DNA from: Anaerohalosphaeraceae bacterium
GTDB taxonomy: Bacteria > Planctomycetota > Phycisphaerae > Sedimentisphaerales > Anaerohalosphaeraceae
Length of the DNA: 64,000 bases
Reading direction: 5' to 3'
NCBI GenBank assembly: GCA_963675525.2
Contig: CAXXSL010000016.1
Span: forward strand, 224,001 to 288,000
A program made the position numbers and the translations under genes. Shown piece after piece: positions 1-10,868 of the stretch; the stretch's first letter is position 1, and every line of letters begins with the position of its first letter. The notes under the pieces were generated by a model. That model was not told where the DNA came from. It made no database searches and worked only from the letters and a program-made list of their open reading frames with translations.

Positions 1-333
1 AGCGCCCGTCAACAGCAGCAATCCGCTAACGATAAAAGCGGCCAGGATCAGAATCGTTGACAGAAACAGATCACGCCTGCGTTCTGATATACTGGCCACA
101 TTACGAAGAAACGTGTCAACAAGCCCCTTCGTAGGCGCCAATCCTACCATACCGACAAGCCCGTAGGCGTAGATAAACTTGCCAAACTTGTCTTCTCCCA
201 ACAGGTGCATACATAAGGGAAAAAACAGCAGTTGGGGCAATCCCATCCGAATAAAAAAACCGATCAGATACCAGAAGAAATGGCCGGACATCCGCTTACC
301 CAAGTCCAGCAGATTTTTATTCGGAGGGTTCAT
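1..333 (-). CDS. Polysaccharide flippase (Wzx-like), N-terminal part; runs off the window
   Basis: Own translation from ATG at 333: MNPPNKNLLDLGKRMSGHFFWYLIGFFIRMGLPQLLFFPLCMHLLGEDKFGKFIYAYGLV...; hydrophobic helices, LG.e.fG flippase-like motif, polysaccharide operon context. Confidence 0.6.
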   Translation of the reverse strand, partial: MNPPNKNLLDLGKRMSGHFFWYLIGFFIRMGLPQLLFFPLCMHLLGEDKFGKFIYAYGLVGMVGLAPTKGLVDTFLRNVASISERRRDLFLSTILILAAFIVSGLLLLTGA

Positions 334-469
334 TGGAACTCGTTTTAAGAACAACAGTTCACCTTACTATGAATTAATATTAGGACTAGAATCATGACTC
401 CTGAACGAATCGAAATTGATGTTCTATGGCCTCAATGCCCAAGATAACGGTTTAGCGGTATATCTAAAA

Positions 470-919
470 TTAAAGTTTCTTGTCGCCCTTTTGTTCCTCA
501 TAAAAGCGGTTGAGGGCTTTTCTGAGAATAGAGGAACTGCGTCCCGTTGTATAAGGCAGATACACGACCCTGCGATTGTTCTTTTCCATATATTCGTGCC
601 CGCGAACCTTTGTTTCCCACCAGTCATCCCCCACAGCAAGAATGTCGGCATCGATTTTTTCCAACAGATGGTCACGATCGATCTTGTCTTCGGGAACGAT
701 CAAGTCAACATACCTGCAGGACTCCAGCACCGCAACCCGATCCGCATAACTCATCAGCGGATGGTGGCCCTTGTCCTTGTAGACCAACTCGTCGGTCTTG
801 ATTCCTACGATCAGAATATCTCCAAGAGCCTTTGCGCTCTTTATCAAGTTCAAGTGCCCTACATGAAACATGTCCCATGTGCCGGGAGTAAATACGATCA
901 CTTTTCCGTCTCTTGACAT
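470..919 (-). CDS. Cytidylyltransferase (TagD/glycerol-3-phosphate cytidylyltransferase family)
   Basis: GTWDMFHVGH (HxGH) motif, GDDW, and YT.G.SSS end motif. Confidence 0.85.
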   Translation of the reverse strand: MSRDGKVIVFTPGTWDMFHVGHLNLIKSAKALGDILIVGIKTDELVYKDKGHHPLMSYADRVAVLESCRYVDLIVPEDKIDRDHLLEKIDADILAVGDDWWETKVRGHEYMEKNNRRVVYLPYTTGRSSSILRKALNRFYEEQKGDKKL

Positions 920-1042
920 AATACCACCTCTTCATAAATTATTAATCTGGCGATTGCACCAATTGGTTTGACGAAACATGACTTAAAACGGATAACCTGC
1001 GTACATCTGCAACAACCGTTTTATAGCATGATGCCGTTCAAC

Positions 1043-1900
1043 TTAGCTGTGTTTATTGTTTTCTTCTTGTTCAAAAAGACAGTTATACGGTCCAAAATCA
1101 ATTACCCCTAGATCGTGACCAATGGCTCGTTTTTCCAATGGCGGTAATTCCATATAGTTGCCATAGACTTGCCGGAGAATGGCTTCATAGCTTGAAGGAA
1201 CATTGAATTTACACCCTTCAAACTCAACTTTTTGTCCTTTTGAATATATGTCATTCTTTACAACCTGTTTTTTCCATCCGTAACCGCTCGCAAAACAGGT
1301 GGTGTAATTGCACTCTTTTTTATTTGACATCCCGCAAAGATAATCATACGAAACATTTATTACTCTCCTTGGAAACAGTAGCGCAAAAAACCGCAGCGTT
1401 CTTTTCAGCAAATCCTTTTGTTTAGACGCATGGTCCCTTTTGCCGGCTCGTAAGTTACTTAATCCAGCGACAATCCTAATGAGAACACCTCGATACTTTA
1501 AATAAAACCCGTCTTTCTTGGGCACATGGTCCAATGGGAAAATGTCAATATAAATGCCATGATGCATTTGAATCTCAGAAAGATTTCGTTCAACTTGCTT
1601 TGTGCCGTTTAACCTGACCTTTGTAATAAATCTTGAATACTCTTTATCGGTATGATTGTTTTGCACATAGTATTTATCACTGTATTTTCCGGAAAAGGCC
1701 TTAATAAAGGCTTCGTAATCATCCCTGTACATGGCGATATCCACATCATCGTCCCATGGGATAAAACCCTGATGTCTGATTGCGCCAAGCAGGGTGCCCC
1801 CGAAAAGATAGTATGTCAAATTTCTTTCGTCGCAGAATATTGCTACATCTTTAAGTATTTCCAGTTGCACGAGTTGTAGTTTTCTTAGCTTATCCGTCAT
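1043..1900 (-). CDS. licD: LicD family phosphotransferase
   Basis: GTLLGAIRHQGFIPWDDDVD, IDIFPLD and YGNYMELPP motifs; start moved to MTDKLRK (1900). Confidence 0.9.
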   Translation of the reverse strand: MTDKLRKLQLVQLEILKDVAIFCDERNLTYYLFGGTLLGAIRHQGFIPWDDDVDIAMYRDDYEAFIKAFSGKYSDKYYVQNNHTDKEYSRFITKVRLNGTKQVERNLSEIQMHHGIYIDIFPLDHVPKKDGFYLKYRGVLIRIVAGLSNLRAGKRDHASKQKDLLKRTLRFFALLFPRRVINVSYDYLCGMSNKKECNYTTCFASGYGWKKQVVKNDIYSKGQKVEFEGCKFNVPSSYEAILRQVYGNYMELPPLEKRAIGHDLGVIDFGPYNCLFEQEENNKHS

Positions 1901-1959
1901 TATTTTACCACACTTTGATTTGAGCAACCCTTTGTTTGCTTTTATAACTACTTGCTGTC

Positions 1960-3084
1960 TTAGGCAGGGGGTTTCCCGGGGACAAAACCGGAAGGCAGCT
2001 TCAATGAATATTTCTTCAGCTTCAACGCAGGCAATTCCACAAACTTTCTTGACATGCCAGCGGCGATTACCGAAAAACACAGCACGATGAAAAATAATCC
2101 CCAGTGTCCTTCATACCCCAACTCTAAAATAACGTTGACTATCAACATATGATAAATATAGATACCGTAAGAAATATCTACCCCTCGCAAGAGAGTTTGG
2201 CTTAATTGCCTGAATGAATATGCGAATGAAAAGATCCAAGCTACCAAACTCACATGAGTCACCATAAGAGTAACATATTTCAAAATAAAGGTGTCGGGAT
2301 TAAGTGTGTCAGATATGACTTTTAGAGCAATGTGTATCGCCGTCCAAAGCAAAAATTTACCTTTACACAGATTTAACACCCAGTTGAAATTTCGTGAAAC
2401 AAGTATGCCCAAAACAAAATCAAAGAGATACGGCAAAACGGTCACATACAGGATCTTCCCTCCTGAAGGCAGAACCGTCCGATCGCCCATTTTGACATAG
2501 ACATAGAGTATCGCTGAGAACAAAACACTCGTGACCAGCAATAAATTCTGTCTAAACTTTCCTCCGGTCCCGGATAAAATCAAAAAAACGATCGGATATA
2601 TTAAATAAAACTGAAGTTGTATCGATATAATACCTAAACTTCCATTCACCACGCCCGTTCCAAAATCCCTGAATATTCCAGGATCGTAAAACTGTCCTGC
2701 CGTCAACTGTGCTGTTACCCACACATAAAATCGGGAACTACTTAAAACAGCCGGTGTTAAGTATCCAAAACAAAAAAGGATCACAAGCGAAACGCCAAAA
2801 CCTGTAACAAGAGCCGGATATATTCTTAGAACTCGATTAAGTAGATAAGTCTTCATCTGGGGTTTTCGGTCGAACGATTGGCTTATAAGAAAGCCGCCTA
2901 ACACAAAAAAAATGGGAACTGATGGGAACATTTTAATCGTTTTAATCAGGTAATTGGTATCACCAACAGTCAAATGCAAGTGCATAATTGTGTGAAATAA
3001 AACAACTTTGATCGCCGCAAAGAGCCTTATTAAGTCAAAATTATTAATTCTCACATCATCCAATCGAGTCTGTTCTGGCAACAT
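1960..3084 (-). CDS. Acyltransferase-3 family O-acyltransferase
   Basis: NNFDLIR, FFVLGGFLI, RVLRIYP and DISYGIYIYH motifs; multi-TM. Confidence 0.85.
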   Translation of the reverse strand: MLPEQTRLDDVRINNFDLIRLFAAIKVVLFHTIMHLHLTVGDTNYLIKTIKMFPSVPIFFVLGGFLISQSFDRKPQMKTYLLNRVLRIYPALVTGFGVSLVILFCFGYLTPAVLSSSRFYVWVTAQLTAGQFYDPGIFRDFGTGVVNGSLGIISIQLQFYLIYPIVFLILSGTGGKFRQNLLLVTSVLFSAILYVYVKMGDRTVLPSGGKILYVTVLPYLFDFVLGILVSRNFNWVLNLCKGKFLLWTAIHIALKVISDTLNPDTFILKYVTLMVTHVSLVAWIFSFAYSFRQLSQTLLRGVDISYGIYIYHMLIVNVILELGYEGHWGLFFIVLCFSVIAAGMSRKFVELPALKLKKYSLKLPSGFVPGKPPA

Positions 3085-3144
3085 ATTTTTCCTCTTCAGT
3101 CCTATTTGCTCCTTTGCCTCGTTAAAATCCTGCCGTTGGTGTCT

Positions 3145-4746
3145 TTATTGACTGCTTACGGTAGCAGCGCCCCTACAATACTCAACAAAGTGCTTGCCCC
3201 ATGCCGGCACATCGGGATTAAACGGATCAAGAAAGAAAATCACTATGGGAATACGGTCGTAAGGGGGCACTGACCCATTCAGTTTCGCTCCCATTTGATA
3301 TGAAATAGCTGTGTCAAAATCCCAGTTGTCCATCCACTTATTCTGCTTATAGCCGCACGCAAGCGCAACCCAGGGTGTCATCTCTTGAATTTTTGGCGTG
3401 AATGAGTCCGCATACTTCGCGTTTTCGTGAAATATTCTTGTTGTATGTTCAGCATCCGGTAATCGATAACAAGAAAAAGAGACCGTCGTCATGATTTCCT
3501 TGCCCGTAAAGTAAGGCGTCTGGTCCCATTTAGACCCTGCCCTGCTGCCCCAACGCTTGTAACCTCGACCGTACCACTCGATCCGGGCTTCAGGAAACAG
3601 TTTGACCGCTTCTATATGAATCGCATCGAGGGCCCTGCGCATCTCTTCATTCCAAAAAGGATCGTTATCACGCCGCAAAAAACGTTCAGCATCTAATAGG
3701 ATTGCTCCCACCTTAACATCGGTTCCATATTTTGTATTGCTTTGCTCTATCCACCCTTTAACGGTTGTCATTTTAATAACGAAGGTATCAATTTCTGCCT
3801 GGTATGCAGGATCATTAAAAATAGTGTGTTTGTATTTATGCGGGATTGGGGCATCAAGATCAAGTCTGAACTTCCGATGCCAGGGACTATAATTAATTCC
3901 TATACGGGATGGGATTTCAGGATCCGTTTTATTGATCCTTGCACACGTATAAACCATGTTATCATATATTGTCTTCCCACTTCCGGTTTGAATCGCATGA
4001 TCAGCCGTGGTGTACCAGGCGTCAGAACAAAGCGAATGGGTAATTCTTGCCAGTTCATACATGTATTTATTTTCACGATTTTTCAGGAAATTTGGCCGGA
4101 GAAACCATGAATAGTGCACTTTAGGCAAAGGTGACAATGTTCTTAATTCCTCCAGTATGTTACTCTGCCTCGGTATCCCGGCAACCACTCTAGTGGGAGC
4201 GGTTGTTTCACTACTGGACGCCGGGGCGGAAGAATCACCGCTATTGCTGCGACCAGAACTGGAACCGGACGATGATCCAGTTGCGACCGTGCTGGTCGTG
4301 GTCGAACTGGTGGAACCGGAACTGCTTAAGGGGGCAGCCAATTGGCGGGGCGAGGGTGTCGCCGAAGCCGTTGACGAAGCGGGAGCGGACTGCGCGTCAC
4401 TGGTTCCGGTATAATCCTCTGCCGACAGCAGTTGGGTTGTTTCGTTAAACGAATCGGATTCCGACGTCAGAGGATCCTTTTGGGCAGCGTTGATCTTCAA
4501 CACTTCTGCCAACAGCGCATCCCCAGAGGATGTGTAAGCAGATACCTCTTCAATATTCACGGATTGGTCAAGCGTTTCCATCGGCAGGCTAAACGATTCG
4601 GCGGGCCGTGTACTGGCGGGCATCGGCGCAGCGTTGACGACGGGTTTGATCTCCGGGCCGCTTTTCAACAAAACAAACCAGATAAACGCCGGAAAGGCAA
4701 GAGCCCAAAACACCACTACGATCTTAAATGTCCGACAATTTTTCAT
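3145..4746 (-). CDS. Membrane-anchored exported protein with Ser/Thr-rich linker and unknown C-terminal domain
   Basis: N-terminal TM, long S/T/A low-complexity tract, then an aromatic-rich globular domain. Confidence 0.7.
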   Translation of the reverse strand: MKNCRTFKIVVVFWALAFPAFIWFVLLKSGPEIKPVVNAAPMPASTRPAESFSLPMETLDQSVNIEEVSAYTSSGDALLAEVLKINAAQKDPLTSESDSFNETTQLLSAEDYTGTSDAQSAPASSTASATPSPRQLAAPLSSSGSTSSTTTSTVATGSSSGSSSGRSNSGDSSAPASSSETTAPTRVVAGIPRQSNILEELRTLSPLPKVHYSWFLRPNFLKNRENKYMYELARITHSLCSDAWYTTADHAIQTGSGKTIYDNMVYTCARINKTDPEIPSRIGINYSPWHRKFRLDLDAPIPHKYKHTIFNDPAYQAEIDTFVIKMTTVKGWIEQSNTKYGTDVKVGAILLDAERFLRRDNDPFWNEEMRRALDAIHIEAVKLFPEARIEWYGRGYKRWGSRAGSKWDQTPYFTGKEIMTTVSFSCYRLPDAEHTTRIFHENAKYADSFTPKIQEMTPWVALACGYKQNKWMDNWDFDTAISYQMGAKLNGSVPPYDRIPIVIFFLDPFNPDVPAWGKHFVEYCRGAATVSSQ

Positions 4747-4919
4747 AGTTTAACCTCGTTTAACCACAAACAGAATATTTGTCAGTTCACCGAGTAAAAT
4801 ATACAAATGAAATGACGGTTTGGGTCTCGAGAAAACACTTTAAACACTACAGGAATAAGGACTTAACAAGCCTTTTATAGCCACAAATGAACAGCAATTG
4901 GGCATCCGGAAACTCTCTA

Positions 4920-5843
4920 TCATTCAATCACGGGTTGAAAATAACGAATCGTATCCAGTAGCCCGGCGTCGAAATGATCATCCAATGTCAGCCCTGCATC
5001 ATTCAGCTTGTCAACAGCAGCCTTGGAGTGTTTGACGTCGCCGGAACGGACTGAAGCATATTCGATCTTGGACTTTGAGCCGGTTAATTCAATGATCTTT
5101 TTCGCCAGGTCGTTTACCGTCATACTTTTGCCGTATGCCACATTATACTCGCCGGACAGCCTCTCTGTTTGCGCCAAATAGACATTGGCCGCGACCACAT
5201 CCTTGACATATACAAAATCCCGCGTCTGCTCACCGTCGCCAAAGATCGTTAGCGGCTCATTCTTTAACGCCTTATCGATAAAAATCGGCACAGCCGCGGC
5301 ATATTGACTCGTGGGGTCCTGTCGCGGTCCGAACACATTAAAATACCGCATACACGCCGTCTTCAGCCAGCCTTCATCGTTAAACATCTTACAATAGTAC
5401 TCGCCATCGAGCTTCGTCACCGCATACGGGCTTTTCGGTTCCGGCAGCATATCCTCAACCTTGGGCACGGTCGGGTTATCGCCATAGATAGCCGCCGAAG
5501 AACTGAAGCACAGTTTTTTAACACCCACCTTGGCCGCCTCTTCCAGAATAATCAAGGTTCCCTGCGTGTTGATCTCCACGCATTCTGTAGGATTCATCAT
5601 CGATTCCGGCACACTGATCATCGCCGCCAGGTGAAATATATAATCAACCCCTTTGACGGCATCTTTGACGACGGCCCGGTCAGTCACGGAACCTTCAATA
5701 AATGTACACTGAAGCCCATCCAGATTTCTCTTGAAACCCGAACGCAGGTTATCCATTACACGGACATCGGCGGTGCCCTGAAAATGTTCAACAAGATGGC
5801 TGCCGATAAATCCGGCACCGCCGGTAATTAATACTTTCATCAA
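4920..5843 (-). CDS. NAD-dependent epimerase (UDP-Glc/GlcNAc 4-epimerase-like)
   Basis: GGAGFIG, YAVTK (YxxxK), RYFNVFGPRQDP. Confidence 0.9.
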   Translation of the reverse strand: MMKVLITGGAGFIGSHLVEHFQGTADVRVMDNLRSGFKRNLDGLQCTFIEGSVTDRAVVKDAVKGVDYIFHLAAMISVPESMMNPTECVEINTQGTLIILEEAAKVGVKKLCFSSSAAIYGDNPTVPKVEDMLPEPKSPYAVTKLDGEYYCKMFNDEGWLKTACMRYFNVFGPRQDPTSQYAAAVPIFIDKALKNEPLTIFGDGEQTRDFVYVKDVVAANVYLAQTERLSGEYNVAYGKSMTVNDLAKKIIELTGSKSKIEYASVRSGDVKHSKAAVDKLNDAGLTLDDHFDAGLLDTIRYFQPVIE

Positions 5844-5862
5844 ATACCTTTAGAATTCACTG

Positions 5863-7275
5863 TCATTCGAAACACCAATTTCTGTCATACGGATTTCCGC
5901 AGACCAGCCACTGGCCGGCCATTTCTGCAACATCCTCCATGCCGACAAAGCAGTCGCCCGTCAGGTCAGCCGTCAGTTGTGAATCACACCGAAAGATCGA
6001 AAAAACTGCATTGCTAAGGTCGCTGACCGCTGCATCGGATATGTCACTGACGCGAATCCGACAGGCATCGATCGAATTAACATCTGCAATTGGCATCCAT
6101 AAGTACTCAAAATCAACAAAGGGAATATCTTCCGCAATGAGATTCGGATCACTGCTTTCATTCAGGAATTCAATATTAACATAATCCGGAGGCGTCCCTT
6201 CAACAAGTTCCCACGTAATCAGGATTTGGGTGCCGGCCAGGAACATCTCGCCGCCATTGGGCGTAAGAACCGCGATCTGGGTCGGAGTGGGGATCTCGGC
6301 ACCGACGATGTTCGTACCGTTTCGCTGCCAAACAACTCGGCGTCCGGAAATAGCCGGATTCTGATCATCTTCATTGCCGGTTGATATCATATAATCAACA
6401 CCGGAAACCAGATCGTAACCTGCAATATCACAATCGCCGACAGAATCCTCCTGCCAGACAACGATGCTGCCGGAGATGTCCAAATTAGCCTGCACCAGCG
6501 GTATTGTACGCCTCCAGATTTCTTCAGAGATGCTGATATCATAAGCCACTAAATCCACTGTAGTAGTTCCGATTTCCTCCCAGACGATCACGCTGCCGTC
6601 AATCGCCGGGCGGTACTGGTCTACATTGCAGGGATTAACCGCTTCCGGAGAAAAGGGCATAACACTTAGATCACACATGTAGATATCATTGCCGGCATAG
6701 CCATCGTCCCGTCCGTCCCGCCAGACGACGATATTGCCGGAAATGGCAGATTCATACTCGTTCGTCGTCTCCGTGCAAATCTGAAGATGGGTATCAGTGG
6801 TGTTATTATAACCGTAAATATCATAGCTGGTCGTAACTTCTGGATCGTCTGCACTGCGACGGTCGTGCCACACCATCACATCCCCCGAAACAGCGGGCGC
6901 TTTTTGCCGATTGGCAATCGTCAGGCCCATCGGATAGGACGGATCACCAACCATTGTCACATCCTGCCAGTAGATTTCGGTATTACTCGTACCAAACCGC
7001 TGGTCCTCCCAGACAACAGTGGCGCCGCTGACCGCAGGCAGGATCTGCTCGCCCGCGAGCAAGACTGTATTCGGATCGTTCGGATCGGCGAAGGTCTTCC
7101 AGTAAATATCCGTTCCCGTAGAAATCGAACCACCCTGCCAGGCAACCAGACCGTCGTCGATATCCGGATTGGCCAGACCGGAACCGGACGCAATCGCGAT
7201 TTCAGGATAATCGGCTTTCAACATACCATTTACCATAAACACACACATCACCACTAAATACAATTTCCCTTTCAT
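5863..7275 (-). CDS. Secreted beta-propeller repeat surface protein with C-terminal dockerin-like motif
   Basis: Signal peptide; repeated 'PAISG..VVW.D.R....DIY' units; VLTPNGGE Ig-like domain; ADLTGDCFVGMEDVAEMAGQWL tail. Confidence 0.75.
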   Translation of the reverse strand: MKGKLYLVVMCVFMVNGMLKADYPEIAIASGSGLANPDIDDGLVAWQGGSISTGTDIYWKTFADPNDPNTVLLAGEQILPAVSGATVVWEDQRFGTSNTEIYWQDVTMVGDPSYPMGLTIANRQKAPAVSGDVMVWHDRRSADDPEVTTSYDIYGYNNTTDTHLQICTETTNEYESAISGNIVVWRDGRDDGYAGNDIYMCDLSVMPFSPEAVNPCNVDQYRPAIDGSVIVWEEIGTTTVDLVAYDISISEEIWRRTIPLVQANLDISGSIVVWQEDSVGDCDIAGYDLVSGVDYMISTGNEDDQNPAISGRRVVWQRNGTNIVGAEIPTPTQIAVLTPNGGEMFLAGTQILITWELVEGTPPDYVNIEFLNESSDPNLIAEDIPFVDFEYLWMPIADVNSIDACRIRVSDISDAAVSDLSNAVFSIFRCDSQLTADLTGDCFVGMEDVAEMAGQWLVCGNPYDRNWCFE

Positions 7276-7407
7276 AATACCTCCCTTTCAATAGAAACAA
7301 TTAGTCTTCGGATTCCAACCGCTTGGAATCACCGCTTTCTATCTGTAGCCCTTTTATGACAAGACAGCTTTCTTTGAAAACAAATCAAAGAGCCTTCACC
7401 GAAAATG

Positions 7408-8733
7408 TTATGCCTTTACAATCTTACCGCGGCCGGATTTAACATTTGCCGTGGCATTACGTGTGTCAACAACTATTCTTGAATTTTTAACAATCCATTG
7501 ATAATCATAATCACTGTGATTGGTCGAGATCAGTACACAATCATAGCTTTTCAGTTTCGCCGCGGTCAGCGGAACACTTTTCATCTTTAAATCATACTCC
7601 CGCATCTTATGCGTTTGAGGCAGGTACGGGTCGTTGTAATCTACCTTTGCACCGCCTGCCTTGAGCAATTCGATCAACTCCAGCGACGGTGATTCACGCA
7701 CATCGTCAATGTCCGGCTTGTAGGCCAGCCCCAGCACCAACACCTTAGAGCCATTAAGACTTTTCTTTTTGCCGTTTAAGGCTTCCATTACTTTGTGCAT
7801 AACATAATTCGGCATGTCGGTATTAATCTCGCCGGCCAGTTCGATAAACCGGGTCGGCATCCCGTATTGACGCGCCTTCCATGTCAGGTAAAATGGATCA
7901 ATCGGGATACAGTGTCCGCCCAACCCGGGGCCGGGATAGAACGGCTTAAAACCAAACGGCTTGGTACTGGCCGCCCGAATTACCTCCCAGACATCGATCC
8001 CCATGCGGTCAAAGACCATCTTTAGTTCGTTAACCATTGCAATATTGATACAACGGTAAACATTTTCGAGGATTTTGGCCGATTCGGCGGCTTCTAACGA
8101 AGAAACCGGAACCATTGTATCGATCGCCAGACTGTAAAGTTTTCTCGCCAATTCTTTACAGGTCGGGGTCAATCCGCCGACCACCTTGGGGATCGTCTTG
8201 GTAGTAAAATCCTTATTGCCCGGATCTTCACGTTCCGGCGAATAAGCCAGGTAAAAGTCCTTGCCTGCTTTTAATCCGCCTGCTTCAAGGATCGGCTTCA
8301 TCAGTTCGCGTGTCGTGCCAGGATAGGTTGTACTTTCCAGTGAAATAAGTTGATCCTTGCGGATATATTTGGCAATGGTACGGCAACTGCCTTCGACATA
8401 GGTCATGTCCGGCTCGCGGTTTTCTGTCAACGGCGTCGGCACACAGATCAAAATCGCATCCGCTTTTTTCATCTCTGGCATATTCGCGGTGGCCGTAAAC
8501 AGCTTGGATGTGACCATCTTTTTAACAGAGTCATGTGAGACGGTCTTGAGAATGCTTTTGCCGGAGTTTAGCTTTTTAACCTTCGGCTCATCAATATCAA
8601 ACCCCATGACTTTAACGCCGGCTGCAGCAAACTCGCGTGCCAGCGGCAAGCCCACATAGCCCAATCCCAAGATCCCCACCACAACTTTTTTATTTCCGAT
8701 CTTCTGTTCAAGCAAAGATTTCTTTTTCGCCAT
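7408..8733 (-). CDS. UDP-N-acetylhexosamine 6-dehydrogenase (WbpA/WbpO-like)
   Basis: GLGYVG, ICVPTP, ESTTYPGTT, GGHCIPIDP. Confidence 0.9.
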   Translation of the reverse strand: MAKKKSLLEQKIGNKKVVVGILGLGYVGLPLAREFAAAGVKVMGFDIDEPKVKKLNSGKSILKTVSHDSVKKMVTSKLFTATANMPEMKKADAILICVPTPLTENREPDMTYVEGSCRTIAKYIRKDQLISLESTTYPGTTRELMKPILEAGGLKAGKDFYLAYSPEREDPGNKDFTTKTIPKVVGGLTPTCKELARKLYSLAIDTMVPVSSLEAAESAKILENVYRCINIAMVNELKMVFDRMGIDVWEVIRAASTKPFGFKPFYPGPGLGGHCIPIDPFYLTWKARQYGMPTRFIELAGEINTDMPNYVMHKVMEALNGKKKSLNGSKVLVLGLAYKPDIDDVRESPSLELIELLKAGGAKVDYNDPYLPQTHKMREYDLKMKSVPLTAAKLKSYDCVLISTNHSDYDYQWIVKNSRIVVDTRNATANVKSGRGKIVKA

Positions 8734-8773
8734 TACCTTTACCCTTATATATCATTTCCATACATTTATTTTC

Positions 8774-9874
8774 TTAAGACAAAAACTTGAGTACTGTATC
8801 CGCTACATAATCTTTCATCTCATCGGTCAGTTCCGGATAGATCGGCAAAGCCAGAACTTCTTTCGCTGCTTTTTCGGCTTCCGGAAAACTGCCCTGCCCC
8901 TTGCCCAGATAAGTAAAGCACTCCTGCAGGTGCATCGGGACCGGATAATATATCTCACAGCCGATATTGCTGAACTGTAAATGCTGGAACAGCTCATCAC
9001 GTTTCGGAACACGAATGACATATTGATTGAAGATCGAAACACAATCTTCCGAAATAATCGGTGTCTTAACAATCGACCCTTTGAATTTCTTATCGTAGTA
9101 TTCGGCATTTTTCCGGCGGGCCGCAGACCACTTATCCAGAAGAGGCAGTTTCACCAGCAACGCAGCCGCCTGGATCGGATCCAGTCGAAAATTACCGCCG
9201 ATATACCGATGATGATATTTCGGTTCCATACCGTGATTTCGCATGATAAACAATTGATGATACAATTCCTCATCATTGGTCACAACCATGCCGCCGTCAC
9301 CGATGCCGCCGAGATTCTTGCTCGGGAAAAAGCTGAAACATCCGCACGTGCCCATCTCGCCTGCTTTCTTGCCCTTGTACGTAGCCGAGATCGCCTGCGC
9401 CGCGTCTTCAATCACCGCCAGAGATGCCTGTCCGGCGATTTGCATGATTGGGTCCATATCCGCCATCTGACCATACAGATGCACCGGCATGATCGCCTTC
9501 GTGCGTTCCGTAATTACCGCTTCGATCAGGTTAGGGTCGATATTGTAAGTTTCCGGATCAATATCCACAAACACCGGCTTAGCGCCAACCCGAACAATAC
9601 TGCCGGTCGTCGCAAAAAATGTAAACGGTGTCGTAATGACCTCATCGCCCGGTCCGATTCCTAAACTCATCAGGCTGTTAATCAAGGCGTCGGTTCCGCT
9701 GGATACACCCACTGCACAGTTGCATCCGCTCGCTTTGGCGACAGCTTTTTCCAGTTCTTCGACCAGCGGTCCGCCGATACACCGCTGAGAATCGAGCACC
9801 TCGTTAATCTTCGCTAAAACATCTTCCTTAATACCCGCATATTGCGCTTTTAAATCCAGTAATGGTATCTGCAT
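8774..9874 (-). CDS. DegT/DnrJ/EryC1/StrS PLP aminotransferase (WbpE-like)
   Basis: SSGTDAL, PVHLYGQ, EDAAQ, SFFPSKNLG. Confidence 0.92.
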   Translation of the reverse strand: MQIPLLDLKAQYAGIKEDVLAKINEVLDSQRCIGGPLVEELEKAVAKASGCNCAVGVSSGTDALINSLMSLGIGPGDEVITTPFTFFATTGSIVRVGAKPVFVDIDPETYNIDPNLIEAVITERTKAIMPVHLYGQMADMDPIMQIAGQASLAVIEDAAQAISATYKGKKAGEMGTCGCFSFFPSKNLGGIGDGGMVVTNDEELYHQLFIMRNHGMEPKYHHRYIGGNFRLDPIQAAALLVKLPLLDKWSAARRKNAEYYDKKFKGSIVKTPIISEDCVSIFNQYVIRVPKRDELFQHLQFSNIGCEIYYPVPMHLQECFTYLGKGQGSFPEAEKAAKEVLALPIYPELTDEMKDYVADTVLKFLS

Positions 9875-9896
9875 AAAAACTCCGTTTTCTAATTGT

Positions 9897-10865
<969 letters not shown>

Positions 10866-10868
10866 TTA

